The position numbers and the translations under genes were made by a program. A model generated the notes under the pieces. The model did not search any database. It was not told the DNA's origin and saw nothing but the letters and a program-made list of their open reading frames with translations. Shown in pieces: positions 1 through 12,450 of a stretch of 64,000 bases of DNA (its first letter is position 1; every line of letters begins with the position of its first letter). The DNA lies in the NCBI RefSeq assembly GCF_000315625.1, contig NW_005434658.1:773139-837138 (forward strand), read 5' to 3'. This stretch comes from Guillardia theta CCMP2712. Lineage: Eukaryota > Protista > Cryptophyta.

Positions 1-1780
1 ATCTCCCCTCCCCCCCGCTCTGACTCTACACGCACCCATGACGATGACCCAGTAGGCCAGGAGCGCTAGCCTTTCGTAGCTTGATGATACATGATCGAAG
101 ACCCAGAGTCCAAGATTCTTGACAAAAAGTCACAAGAGGAGGAAGAGGAGGAGGAGCAGGAGGAGCAGGAGCAGGAGCAGGAGCAGGAGAGTGGGCCGAG
201 GAGGAAGAGGAAGGGGAGGAGGAGACAAGAGCAAGACCTGACGGAGTAGGGTAGAGGCTGAAGGGACCAAGACAAGAAGAATCAAAGAGCCAAAGAGGCT
301 GAAGAAGAGGAGGCTGCGTCCTGCCGAAGATGTAGTCTCAAGATGCTGAGAACTTCGTTCTGTCGAGAGAAAAGCAGTGTGAGGACAGTGTGAGATCAGT
401 TTGAGGTTTCAAGGGGTTGTTAGGCAATGTCAGGCTTGTCACAACTCACTGGGAGTGGTGGAGTCCCGGCACATGACGAAGGGAGACATCACAACAGCCG
501 TCAAGAACGTCCCGACGATGAGGCACAGGACCACGAGGTCTACATCTGACATCTGAACGAGCCGTGAGATGCTGGCAGGCAACTCCGGCAGCTAGGCTTA
601 CCTCTCTTGTGATGGGAGAGCGAATGGAGTAGAGGCGATCAAGCGATGTTGAAACCTACTCATTTACATCACCATCATCATTGTCACGATTTCCATCTCC
701 ATCGTTGTCGTGGTTTCATCAGTATCATCATGATTGCCATCCCCAAAATCTCCATCGTCATCGTCATCGTCATCAACTTCACCATCATATCCGTAATATC
801 GTACAACAATAACAATCTCATTGATTGTTTTATGGGGTTCGGCAAGTGATCAACTGACCATGTCCACCATTAAGCTCGTCAACACGTTGGCAAGGATGCA
901 AGCTTCTCCTAGCTGGCAAGGAGAANNNNNNNNNNNNNNNNNNNNNNNNNNNNNNNNNNNNNNNNNNNNNNNNNNNNNNNNNNNNNNNNNNNNNNNNNNN
1001 NNNNNNNNNNNNNNNNNNNNNNNNNGGGGGGGGGGGCAGAGAATTGTTCAGGAGACGAGGAGGAGAAGGAAATGAATGAAGGAGGACATGGAGGGGTATT
1101 GAGAAGAGAAGGGGGATGGTCAAGGAGCAATCCTGTCCGTGCTTGCTCACCGTGAACGATCGCGGGCTCCCGTTTAACAGCAGGCGGATGATGATCGAGC
1201 TGCAGTATGGCAGAGGGAGAGAGAGAAACAGGGGAATCCAAGGGAACCTTCACAACTTGTAAGCGATGGAGAGACGGTCGAAGGGGGTGGAGCGAGCAAA
1301 CCTGAGGAAGAAGCAGTATCCGACGATGAAGGAGAGGAGCAGCGAGCGCGTGTACAGCTTGTCGAAGCTAGAGCTTCGAAGGGCATCCAGAAGAAGGAGG
1401 AACGAGGATGCGATGGTAAGATCCAAGTAAAAGAAGATAACGTGGACGTGCTGCGGAGATCTGATGAGCAGGGCGAGGAGGAGGATGGGGACCGTTGCGC
1501 ATCCGATCAAGACGCCCTGGTCGACTCCTGCCCGGTACATCCTAGAGAAGGAGACCCGAGAGCCGCAAAGAGCACCGAGGAGGAGGAGGAGGACAAGACA
1601 GACAAGGTCTGGCATATGCTGCTTGACTTGCGGGGTGTGGACCAGGAGAGCAAGGCTAGTGCTCATGGCGATGATACAGAGTAGCATCTCCTGCCAAACA
1701 TGAATCCTTTGAGGAGTTGGTAATGTCGGCAGAGCTGCTGCCGCCGCATCCTCCTCCTCCTCCTTCCCCTCCCTTCTCAT
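1..1780 (-). CDS. Dolichol kinase-like polytopic membrane protein (5' part; multi-exon, runs off window start and spans the N gap)
   Basis: Hydrophobic ORF 1250..1924 has RAGVDQGVLIGCATVP, resembling the N-terminal motif of plant/algal dolichol kinases. A downstream exon (~50-125) reads LGLWVFDHVSSSYERLALLAYW, also like dolichol kinases. The catalytic C-terminus is not in the window. Confidence 0.6.
926..1025. other. Assembly gap (100 N)
   Basis: Run of N. Confidence 1.
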
Positions 1781-2444
1781 GCTCGCCACTCTGTCTCTAC
1801 TCTTTGTCGTTGAGCAACCCATCGGAGAGGAAAGTTCAACGCCTGCGCGGCTCAGAGTGAACCTGAGGCAAGTTGAGAGCGCAAGGCAACTACCGGCGAG
1901 GAGCAGATCGATAGTCCCTGGCACAGGCTAGTAAACAGCGACTTATTGGATCGCTAACTGCTTCATGACGCAGTATCGAGCGATCCAGACGGGGCGACTG
2001 AGTTGCACATCGATGCTGTCAGGGTCTGAAGAGATAGAGGTCAGTCAGTTAGACTCTTCAACAACAACTCCCATCTCTCAGTGTGCTGAGTTGATCCCTC
2101 TGACCCATTCACGTCTCTGGCAACTCCGCTGACCCGGCAATGATCAATCTATTTGCTCAAACCACTACCACTACAATTGAATCTCAACCAGCTCCTCCAT
2201 CTCCCCCTCCATCCCCTTCATGTTCAGTTCTATCTGTATCTCTCCATGTCTTATTGTTTTCTTCCTCCATATCTTCCTCCTTTTTCTATACCTCTTCCAT
2301 TTCTTCCTCCTCCATGCCCATCCATATTGTCGCCTCCGACCAACACCACGTCCTGACCATCATTCCACTCCATATTCATCATAAACACCATCGACACCAA
2401 CAAAAAAGCACACCAAAAACCTCCAACCTCACCATTATCCACGT

Positions 2445-2575
2445 CATCACCATCACCATCACCATCACCATCACAATCACAATCACAATCACAATCACAA
2501 TCACAATCACAATCACAGTCACAATCACAATCACAATCACAATCACCATCACCATCACTATCACTATAATCACCA
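2445..2575 (+). repeat. (ATCACC/ATCACA)n hexanucleotide microsatellite
   Basis: Directly visible tandem repeat; produces spurious ITITIT/DCDCDC ORFs. Confidence 0.95.
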
Positions 2576-3727
2576 TCCGTTCTTCTCATCTCTGCTCTCA
2601 CATCGTCTCTTGCCATGACAATCGTCCATCACTCTCGACAGCTGCATTCATTATCACGACAGTTCCTCCTCCTCCTCCTCCTCCTCCTCCTCCTCCCTAA
2701 CCCTGCCTTGCATGATCCCGAACTCCTACACCTTGATACATCTACCCCTACCCTCCGAAATTCTAGGAAAAATAGGGGTAGAAAATGTGGATTCAAGTCC
2801 GCCCCAGATTGAAATTTCAGAAGTTTTTCACGGGTACTATTCCCTACAAAACAAGCACGAGGGGGGTGGGGTTGTCGAATCTTGCGTCCCGGAATGATGG
2901 GAGAAACCGTCGCAAGGAAGAATGTAACCGCTGCAATACGCTGGGGCCGCTTCATGCCTACAAGGACAAGAGACAGTTTCTGCTTCAATGCTGCGCTCCC
3001 TCTCCTTCTTTCCCCCTCCTCGCTCTCATCGAGCCTGCAGCATCGTGTCCCTTGATCATGATTCCCACACTCATCCTTCGCTGCTGCTTCACTCCTCATT
3101 CTCACTTGTGTCTCAGCTGCACCAGTCAGAGGAGGATCTGTCCACCTTAGCTCCTCTTCGGGTGCGTCGTCAAAAAGTCACAAGTCTCATTATCTTGACA
3201 CCCTCACCCTCTTCTGAACATTCATTCTCTTAGAAATTTCCACGAGAATCACCTCTTCCTGTCTGTGAGTCAGTCAGTGTCGTCGAGTTGATGCAAGCTA
3301 TGGAAGCGTCTCTGAGTGAGGAGGAGTCTCTTGAAGCTGGAAGAATGAAAGCGAGTGAGTCAGAGAACATCGAGATCGTGCGGATCTTGAGGAATCACAA
3401 TGCCGCATGTATGAAACGAGGGTGGTCGGAATCGATTGAGGAAGGGAAGGATTAGAGAGAGACCAAGAGCGGAAGAAAAGAAGGCATGCGATGCTGTTGT
3501 AGATCTTGTCGATGTAAAATAATATCAAAATTAGCAAACGAATAAGCCCAAATGGGGAAAGTGGCAGGTGGAAATGTACAAGGCTGACGACCATCTCTTT
3601 TCGAATTCACTTCTTTGTTCGTCAGGGAGTGGAGAAGCTTCAAGTCAAGATTAAACGTGTCAGAGTGCTCCAACTGCTCTGCTCAGTCTCTGTGCTCGTC
3701 GTTGCGAACGCGGCACTATCCGGGAGC

Positions 3728-4914
3728 ATGGAAGCACCAGAGTGGCAACGGACTCTGCGGGATGAGCTTGTTCAACTTGGTAAGGAGGCCCAAGAGCTCA
3801 CTGGGAGTTTCTGCCCGAGGATCGAAAACCCCTCGGCCCTCGAGTTCCTCAGAGACTTCGTGCTGCCCAACAGGCCCTGCATCATCACAGGGGCCATGGA
3901 AGAGTGGCCGGCGAGGAGGCAGTGGAGCAACGAGTACCTAACGGGCAGGTTGGGAGAGAAGAAGGTTTCAGTGAATGTCACGCCCGATGGTCGAGGAGAT
4001 GCGATCGTTGACGACAAGTTCTTTGTCTTGCCTGAAGAGCGGCTGATGACGTTCGCTCAGTTCCTTGCCGAGCTGTACAGGGAGGGCAACGATGACGTTT
4101 TGTACCTGTCACACCAGAATGACAACCTCCGGTCGCAGATAGGAGAAGCTCTACTAAACGATGTCCCTCCTTCAATCCCTTTCGTTGATGACGCTCTTGG
4201 CCACGGACCTGACGCAGTGAATCTGTGGATGGGAGACTCGAGGTCAGTCACGACTCTGCACAAGGACCATTACGAGAACTTGTATGCTGTGATCCGCGGG
4301 GAAAAGATATTCACCTTGTACCCTCCGACGTCTCTGCCGTTCCTGTATCCTCATCCCTACGGCATTCGGAGGTACCGCAAAGAGGGAGGAGCGTGGAGGA
4401 TTTGCGAGCTAGGAGAGCAAGAAGGTGAAGAGGTCAAGAGTTGGATCTCGGTGAATCCGAATGCTCCGGACTATGACAGGTGAGGCTTCTGCTGCGGTGA
4501 TTGCAGTGTTGACAACTCAAAGCAGGCATCCCTTGTTCGAGGTATGACAATCAAGGTATGGTTAGAGTGGAGTTGAACCTTGCGCAGTTTGCAAGCAAGA
4601 CGCAGGTCAGAGTGAGGCCGGGAGAAATGCTTTACTTGCCCTCCATGTGGTTTCATCAGGTACTACCTACTCATCAGTTCGGTCGTCACATAATGACCCA
4701 GGTAGAGCAGTCTGACGACACGGTTGCCGTCAATTACTGGTGTGTTTATGACTCCTGCGGGTACCGACATCATTTTCTTCCTTTCAGGTACGATATGGTA
4801 TATGGGGACAGATATGCGTATCACAAGGTATGGAACACAAATCCAATGAAATTGCTTTGACGCATACATTTGAAGTTCATCGAGAGTATGGTCAGACAGG
4901 CTCACATCAAATAA
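3728..4914 (+). CDS. JMJD7: JmjC-domain protein 7-like 2-oxoglutarate/Fe(II) hydroxylase (cupin-like); 6 exons
   Basis: FLRDFVLPNRPCII, VSVNVTPDGRGDA, YLSHQNDNL, DAVNLWMG..SVTTLHKDHYENLY (HxD), GEMLYLPSMWFHQV (distal H), AVNYWYDM. Short GT-AG introns (e.g. 4480-4525, 4542-4587, 4660-4701) restore the frame; stop TAA 4912-4914. Confidence 0.9.
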
Positions 4915-4961
4915 ACATCCTTTACTCAAAACCAAAACATGAAACCACAAATTAATGGAAT

Positions 4962-6875
4962 CTAATAGCGATTCACAAACATCGGCTGTCCCATCATCGA
5001 AGGATAAGGCTGCGGAGGCATTGAACCAGCAAACTGGTTGGGCACAAACGAGGTCTGAGGGCTGGCCATGCCAGAGGCGACTGGCTCCATGCTTTCATCC
5101 GTGTGCATGCTCGACATATCCTCAACCTCGTGACCCATCTCCTCCAAGGTCTTGCCCTTGGGCTCTGGGATAGGAAGGGTAGTGATGAGACCGAGAACAT
5201 TGACAATGGTGAGAACGATGAGCACAGTCTGCAAGCCAGCATTGTGGGTAGGAGTATCCTTGAGGATACCAAACCCATAGGAACCAACGATCGCACCAGT
5301 CTTGCCAGTAGCAGCGCAAATACCGTGAGCTGTTGCACGGAACCATGCGGGGAACACCTCAGCAGGCAAGATGTAGGTGGTAGAGTTGGGCCCGAAGTTG
5401 GCGAAGAAGAAGGTAAGAGCGTACAATCCGATGAAGTTGGAGACCTGGTGAGTGTCGATGAGCTTCTGGAACATTCCTGCAAGAATTCCCATGAACAGAG
5501 TCATGAAGAAGAAGCCCATGAACTGGATCCTAGTACGTCCAAGGATCTCGATGAAGGCAACGGTGAACCAGTATCCGGGAATGATAGAGGCCATCGAGAT
5601 GATGAGCTGAGCTCGAGCAACGTGGTAAACCTCGTCAACAGCATTCATGGTGTAGGAAGGAGGGAGCCATCCGACAATGGTGAAAACATCAGCCTGGAAC
5701 AACCCCTGCGAGTAGAAAGCAATATCAAGAAGGAACCAAGAACACGCGCATCCAAGAAGGGGGAGGCCGTACAATCGAAGGAAGGAACCCCAAGTGTGAC
5801 CCCTGGCCTTCAAGCCAGTAGCTTGCACAACGGTTGGATCGTCAAGTCCAACTTGCTTGGCTGCAGTCTGAGTATCTCCCTTCACGATAACCTCGTACCT
5901 CTCAGTCTCAGGGATCATGATACGATAGTACAAAGTGATAACTGGTGGGATGCAAGCGAGAGAGAGGGCGGTTCTCCAAAGAAAGTCTGCTGAAGGATCA
6001 AAGGGCATCCAAATAGCTGCGAGAATGATGGTGACGATTCCAGCAAGCAAGAATCCGAAGCCCTGGAAGGAGAACACTGCAGCCACGTAGGTTCCACGCC
6101 ACTTGGTGGAAGCAGTCTCACTCATAACGGTGGCACTGAGGGGGTAGATACCTCCGATTCCGAGACCAAGGAAGAAACGCCAGAAGCAGAGAGTTCCAAC
6201 AATGGCATCACCAGTGGTACCGAAAGACATTCCAGAACCCAAGGCGCCAATGATCATGATGATCATGGTCGCAATGTGAACAGGTCTGCGTCCGATCAAA
6301 TCAGCCATGTGACCGAAGGTGAGCTGTCCAACGAGGGTGCCAATCAAGGCAACAGACTTGAGCGCGTAGGCAGAACGATTTGGGAGATCACTGGGGGCAT
6401 ATGGAAGAGCATGTTGAATCTGTTGATCAACAGTCATGTTGTTCCAGCCTTGCACGTTTTGAGAAAGCCAAGTTCCGAGCCCAGGATACCCATCCGAGCC
6501 TTTGTTCCAGTTCGAACCGCAGTGATGAGGGTTTGGCTGCCAGTTGTTGGCAGCATCCAACTGATAATAAGTCGTAACATTGCCGAGTTGATTACAATAG
6601 GCAGGATGATAGTAGCGGACATCTGGGTAGTAGATGCGTCCCATCAACTTGGTGAGAAGACCAATCACAAACAAATCGTAAGCATCAGTCATGAAACCAC
6701 CACCAGCAGCGATGATGGTCTTGATTATTCTCCAGCTTAAGAAAGCTTCGTCTTCATCGATCTTGCGAAGGATGGCCTGAGCGGCAGCCTTGCTAGAGAG
6801 ATGTTGCTTGTGAGGCTGCTGTTGATCCCCTTGCTGCATAGCAGCAGGTGGAGCGGCTGCGTAACCAGCGAACAT
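4962..6875 (-). CDS. Inorganic phosphate:H+ symporter, MFS, PHT1/PHO84 family; intronless
   Basis: GFMTDAYDLF, TKLMGRIYY, WRFFLGLGIGGIYPLSATVMSE, WFLLDIAFY, FFFANFGPNSTTYILPAEVFP, RATAHGICAATGKTGA, PEPKGKTLEE. Likely start is the ATG at 6875 (MFAGY). Confidence 0.95.
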   Translation of the reverse strand: MFAGYAAAPPAAMQQGDQQQPHKQHLSSKAAAQAILRKIDEDEAFLSWRIIKTIIAAGGGFMTDAYDLFVIGLLTKLMGRIYYPDVRYYHPAYCNQLGNVTTYYQLDAANNWQPNPHHCGSNWNKGSDGYPGLGTWLSQNVQGWNNMTVDQQIQHALPYAPSDLPNRSAYALKSVALIGTLVGQLTFGHMADLIGRRPVHIATMIIMIIGALGSGMSFGTTGDAIVGTLCFWRFFLGLGIGGIYPLSATVMSETASTKWRGTYVAAVFSFQGFGFLLAGIVTIILAAIWMPFDPSADFLWRTALSLACIPPVITLYYRIMIPETERYEVIVKGDTQTAAKQVGLDDPTVVQATGLKARGHTWGSFLRLYGLPLLGCACSWFLLDIAFYSQGLFQADVFTIVGWLPPSYTMNAVDEVYHVARAQLIISMASIIPGYWFTVAFIEILGRTRIQFMGFFFMTLFMGILAGMFQKLIDTHQVSNFIGLYALTFFFANFGPNSTTYILPAEVFPAWFRATAHGICAATGKTGAIVGSYGFGILKDTPTHNAGLQTVLIVLTIVNVLGLITTLPIPEPKGKTLEEMGHEVEDMSSMHTDESMEPVASGMASPQTSFVPNQFAGSMPPQPYPSMMGQPMFVNRY

Positions 6876-7145
6876 GCCTGAAGTCCACTCAAAGTTGGTA
6901 TGGGAAGGGCTCTCGGGAGTTATAAAGACAGGAGGAGCGGGGCAGAGGTGCGAGTAGCAGAGGACGGATGGCAAGGTGGATCCTTTTGTGGGGAAGGAGG
7001 AGACGTAGATTGGGGCGTAGATGTCGAAAGGATCTCTTTTCGTGCCAGAATGTAACGGGTCCTTTTTTGAGGATGAAGATAAGATAGGGGTAAAATACCT
7101 AGTGGAAGGGGGTGTCTGACGATGGGGTGGGGTCATGGACAGCAA

Positions 7146-7760
7146 TGGGGTGCGACCACGGAAGGGTGGGGCAGGATCAGGGAAAGGGGGGTTACTAATT
7201 AGTACTGGGGTGGATTAAGTTAAGTCATGAGGGTGGGTGGTTGGGTTCTAGTTCAAGTGGATGCAAGGCAGTGTGCAGATTGCTACGGGTAGGGTGCATG
7301 AAGTTCCAAAACAAAGGGGTCCTTTCAGCTTCATGCAAAGGAAAATCCCGGGTAGGGGTTCCTTCTGGCAAGATCAAGGGTCCTAAAAGAAAGAAAGAAA
7401 GCACCGGCGTGAATTGTAACTGTCGTTTTGTCAGAGAGATGTTGCGGGTAGTCTTGGTAAGTGACAGGGGTTTGTAAGGGGTGGGTATGCCACCGGAATT
7501 GGAGAACAGTGTAGAAATACAGGGGTGGGTAGGTGAGAGACAGGGGTGTAATCAGGTCTATTATAGGAGAGATTCCGACAAGATAACATCTGAGCTTTAT
7601 CAAATGCGTTCGTACCGTTTTGAGGCGATCAGGGGTGGGTGGCCAGCTGGTCCCTTTTTCGAGGGACGAGAACAATCCTATGCAGGGGCTCACACCACCC
7701 CCACCGCAGTGCCGCCACCGTTCAAGTTGGCTAGCTAGTAGCATTGACGGGAGCTTTTAA
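7146..7760. repeat. GGGGT-rich degenerate interspersed repeat / TE relic
   Basis: Non-coding, rich in G-runs followed by T; similar composition to 35140-36000, 44040-44560 and 58860-59060. Confidence 0.4.
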
Positions 7761-7790
7761 CAGGATTGGCATGGGGTTTGGGGTTCAAGG

Positions 7791-7920
7791 GCCTGACCCC
7801 TCCTCTTCAAGCACTCGTGTCCTCCCCCTATCCGTGGCTCTGCCCGGGGGGGGCTGCCACTCTCTCAGGGAGTTGACACTGATGCCTGACCCCTCCTCTT
7901 CGGGTACTCGTATCCTCCCC
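7791..7920 (+). repeat. 37-bp imperfect direct repeat (7791-7827 and 7884-7920)
   Basis: gcctgacccctcctcttcaagcactcgtgtcctcccc vs gcctgacccctcctcttcgggtactcgtatcctcccc. Confidence 0.9.
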
Positions 7921-8669
7921 AGGCCGCCGCTGTGCTTGGCCACCGTGGCACCGTGAAGCCAACACTAGGGGTATCATGGGCAGACTCGAATGACAGCCGC
8001 CCGAGACCTAACGGTCGCATACTGGACTCTGCCCGGATGCCGGGTCACGGTGGGTAGGGGGGTGGGTACTACGTGACGGCCGGTCGAGCCTGCGCGTCCC
8101 CTTCAAAAACTGAGTACCCACCTGCCGCAGTGGGCTCACCACGGTCCGAGGGCCGCTGGTCATGTCCCCTTCAAATGACACCATTACTACCCCCCTTGTC
8201 ATTGCGGTAGTACTACCCATATGCCAGGGGGGACTCCGGGCACCCGGCGCCGCCGCTAAGTAAAGTAGCCTCTGAGGAGCCGGTCGGTAGTGATCGGACT
8301 GCCGGGGCGGCCGGGTGGGGTTGGCACACAAGGGGTCGGAGAAGTCCGGGGGCGGGGATTGAGGCCAGAGCAACAAGATAACCCTCAGGGACTCTTGCTA
8401 CTCTGAAATGATGATTGTACCGGCCTTATCTCGGGGACTTGACCTTATCTTGGATGTCTGTAGCCTAGTAGGCTTGTACTGCTCGACTCCTAAAATGATC
8501 CTGAGCCCCTTGCTCTTAGGCCCTTATCTTCAGCCGAAGTGCCTTATCTTTTCCGATCTTTGCCCCTGAGGGCCTGGCTCGGATACCGTGACCGTTGAAC
8601 CGGAGTCCAAAATCGGAAAGGTATAAAAGCGCTTCAAGCCCATTTATTTTTAGTTACTATCATGACCGT

Positions 8670-8990
8670 AGTACGCACCGGGCCCGGGCCTCCGAGGGCC
8701 GCCGGGGCCGCCTCTGCGGCTCGCCGGCCCCGGCCCCGCCGCTCCCCGGAGTCCGGGCGAGCCCGGCGCCGCGGCGGCGGCCGCCTGCCTGGCTGAGAGC
8801 CGCGGCCGGCCGCGCCGCGGGGGGGGGTCACTGTCGGAGCGGGCCGGCCGCGGCGGCCGAGCGCTGCCTCACTCACGGCCGGCGGGGGTCGGTCCGTGAC
8901 ACTGTCCGATCACTCGGACCGGGGGGACCGTTACGGTGGCCCCGGGCGCCGCCGGGCTGCGCCGCCGGGCCCTGGCCCGGGGACCAAGAA
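8670..8990. other. Very GC-rich palindrome-dense island upstream of EMG1
   Basis: Dense CCGG/GGCC/CCCGGG, few A/T; same type as other islands in the window. Confidence 0.7.
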
Positions 8991-9337
8991 GAGTGCACGT
9001 GCTGTAAGCGAAAACCAGTTCAGCGAAAACATGTCGGTGGAGATGAGAATAGGCGAGTGAGAAACATTGAGAGCAAGGATGAGACAAGCAGCAAGATACT
9101 GATACTCATTGATTCCAAAACAGACAATGCAGTTGTCGTCACGAGACACTGTGTGTATGGCGCATGGGGAGCTAGATGGGGGGAGTCGTGGGAAACGAAG
9201 TTGTCAATAGATCTCTTTACTCAAATTTAATAGATCAGTGGAAGGTAGAGGAGCGAGGAGAAATTAATGCAGGGAGCCATGTTCGCCTGATTGTCTTTTG
9301 ATGGTTGAAACTAAAAACAGGCATACAGACAACTTGG

Positions 9338-10177
9338 ATGGCGACCGAGGCCCCGAAGCTCCCCAAGACGCCAAAGGAGAAGGACACAGCGCAGAGGCTG
9401 ATAGTCGTGCTAGAGAAAGCATGTCTTGAAGCTGTCAAGTCAGGAAACTCCTACGAACTGCTCAATTGTGATGATCACGTGCACCTTCTTAAAAAGTTCA
9501 AGCGAGATCCTGCAGATTGCAGACCTGACATCACCCACCAGGTGCCATGACGAGCAGATGCGTGTGAAACCGCGATTGACTCTCTGAGTTTCAGATGCTC
9601 TTGACACTCTTAGATTCTCCTCTGAACAAATCAGGAAAGATGCAAGTATACATTCATACCGAGAAGAATGTTCTCATTGAAGTCAGCCCACACATTCGCA
9701 TACCTCGCACCTACAAGAGATTTGCTGGGCTTATGGTGCAACTTCTTCACAAGCTTAAGATCAGAGCTGTCAATGGACCAGAGACTTTACTCAAAGTTGT
9801 GAAGAACCCCGTGGAGGCTCACCTGCCGACAGGAGCAAGAAGGTTCTGCTTCATCAACTTGTTCTCTTCCTCCTTGTGCTGTTGTTTCCCCTGTCTAATC
9901 ACTTTGCCAATGATTGACTGACAACATCCTTGACGATTCACTTGGGGTTTGCAGGATCGGAACGTCCAAGACCGGAAAGCTTGTCAATGTCAATGAGTGG
10001 GTGAACACTTTGCCCAAGGAAGGGCCCATCGTTTTTGTGCTGGGTGCGATGGCGCATGGCAAAGCTGAGGTTTCATACGTGGAGGAGTACATCTCCGTGA
10101 GCTCATATCCCCTTAGCGGCTCTGTTGCTGCGGGCAAGCTGTGCAATGCCTTCGAGAACATGTGGGGGGTTGTGTGA
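9338..10177 (+). CDS. EMG1: 18S rRNA pseudouridine N1-methyltransferase NEP1/EMG1; 3 exons (9338-9541, 9595-9842, 9955-10177)
   Basis: [26 protein letters not shown]|[54 protein letters not shown]; GT-AG introns keep the frame. Confidence 0.97.
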
Positions 10178-11390
10178 GAGAGAACGATGGGAGAAGAAGG
10201 GAGGGAGCAAGCACGAGTTGTGGTTGTTGTTGTTGTGGTCGTTGTTTGAAATGTACAATATTTTTTTCCTGTATGTCAACTTGCTCCTCCGCGTGCTTCA
10301 TGACGAAGTGGTCACCATCCTCGGAACTTGAGCAAGCTTTGAAAGAACATGGGCGGTTCACCATTGTTCAGTCGCACATTCTGGTGGAACGAAAGGCTTC
10401 AGTGCTGGGTTTCCTGTGCATGTGTATTCTCACCCTGTTGATGACAAAGAATCTGGCGTAGCACCAGAAAATCAAGGTGAACAAGGAGACTGCAGCGAGG
10501 CAGTCACTTCCGATAGAAACAGATGTCAAGAAACAGACCGAGCAGAAACGCAATGCCAACGAAGAAGATTGTGAACTCTCCGAACGGAGGGCTGTAGGGT
10601 CTCGGCTGTTAAGCGATGTCACGTTGTGGATCAATCATGCAAGGATCATGACCTGCTGTAAATCTCGGACCTCAACGGAGATCGAGACGCCCGACTGCAG
10701 AGGAACGAGGTGAGGGAGCAGGAACAACAGCAAGATTGACGACAGTCGGGGCGACGTAATCCGACGAGTTGCCGACGTATACGACCTCAAACCTCTTTGC
10801 TGCAGTGCAAAAGTGATTCAGAATGGCGAATCAACACCAAGATCGAGACCTCTGACTCGATGAATCACTGGGACAGCGACAGTCTGACGACAGTCACTCC
10901 TTACATCGAAGAGTTTGAGACCTTGCAAGTGTCAGGGCGATTCGTCTCTACATCGCTATCGCTCAGACAGCTCTCACATGAAACAGAGTTGCCAGAAGAA
11001 TCCTTGACGGTCTTGATTGTCACCTTACCACCGTTGTAGAGGGTCGAAGACACGTCTGAGACTGATCAACAGACATTGATCCTCCAATCAATCAACCTTG
11101 CTCTATGTAGGTAGCGGGGACGTCCATCGTTCTTGGCCGCACGTGTCATTCTCTCGCAAGCACAAGTTGCAAGCTCGTTGAGTCTTACTCGAATCTCGTC
11201 TCAACAAGAATCTCCTTTAGGATCCCAACCTTGACACCCAGTTTGTGAATGATAGTTTGTAATCCATCCTCATCATACCTCAATTTGACCTTGGATAGCA
11301 GTTCTGCTAATGTTGAATGCCCTGCTCTCTCCCTCATCTTCTGTTCATTTTTTCGTCCTTGCTAACCTGACACTTGTCGAGAATTTGGCG

Positions 11391-12450
11391 TCAACTATCC
11401 AACTTTCGATCAACCCTGATTCCAATGTCTGTTGAGCACGGGGGTGACGAGAGCCGAGCATCTATCAATATCTGCAAGACCTGATACTTGTAGGAGAACC
11501 TCGGCCGAGCTTTCAGCGGCAAAGTATTGTAAATCTGCAGCTCCTTCAGAACCGAATAAGCTTCTGGGAGTTTTGCTTTCCTGAGCAGCTTGAGGAAAGA
11601 AGAAGGATGGAATCTACAGAAATTCAACTGATTGCAGGTCACGATCACACAACAGACTGACTTGAAAGGTGATGTTCAGAAGCATCTGAGCATTCCAAGC
11701 CAACGGAGGAGGCTGCACGTTTGGCAAGAGAGCCTGGGGAGGGTGAGGAGGCGATGGAGCTGAGAAACACTGACCGTGTAGTACTGCCACATCCGAGGGG
11801 TGACGCTCATCATGTTGATGGTCTGCGGGTTAGGTCATGCCGCATGTGTCGCCGGCAACCGCACCTGCAGGAAGCCGTCGTAGCCGAGAAATCGAGGATC
11901 CGGCAGCCTCCCCCTGGACTTCTGCACTGTTGCCAGCGACACAGGATTGGATAGTGCTCCTATGCTCAAACTGTTCTGCGGTCATACAACATGAGAGGTG
12001 AGGTAAATAAGCATAGACAAGCTTGACACCGGAACACAAGTTTGCATGGAGATGTTGTGAGCTTTCTGTCGAGCTGGAATCAAGATCCGCATGTTCGTTA
12101 CCTGTGATGCTTCAGATTAAAAGTATAGGCTTACAGTGGGTCACCATATCCCGTTGATCCGATTCGATCTTGTTGTAATTCAAGACAGGCCCGATCGTCA
12201 GATACAGGCCCAACAACAACGACAGAACAACAGAATCTGTGAGTGGCTGCTATTAGCAACATCAGACATCGCCGTCCTCTGGTACATAGAACTGTCGCGA
12301 GTCGTAGAGCTCCTTGCTTGATGGTGGCCACATTCAAGAACTGAGCTGTAGAGCCTTCCTCTGGTTTCACCGACATACCTCCTGCTCTTTCACTCAGCCC
12401 TGAGGCTCCGGCACTGCTTCAAGCTTGTCGATGTTCCAAGGTATCACGAG
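11391..12450 (-). CDS. Hypothetical multi-exon protein
   Basis: Short protein-like minus-strand segments (e.g. FHPSSFLKLLRKAKLPEAYSVLKELQIYN) separated by putative short introns; no family recognised. Confidence 0.25.

Noticed and set aside
2140-2700. ORFs with ITITIT / DCDCDC / poly-L / poly-E / SCSCSC runs throughout the window
   Set aside because: Translations of microsatellites, mostly intronic or intergenic
5103-5993. 296-aa ORF antisense to the phosphate transporter (and similar antisense ORFs over the pentapeptide, beta-helix, pecanex and M16 genes)
   Set aside because: Shadow ORFs explained by codon bias of the real gene on the opposite strand; no motifs
6876-7145. N-terminal extension of the transporter from the ORF track (727 aa, non-ATG start)
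   Set aside because: Runs into repeat-like upstream sequence; the ATG at 6875 is the more plausible start
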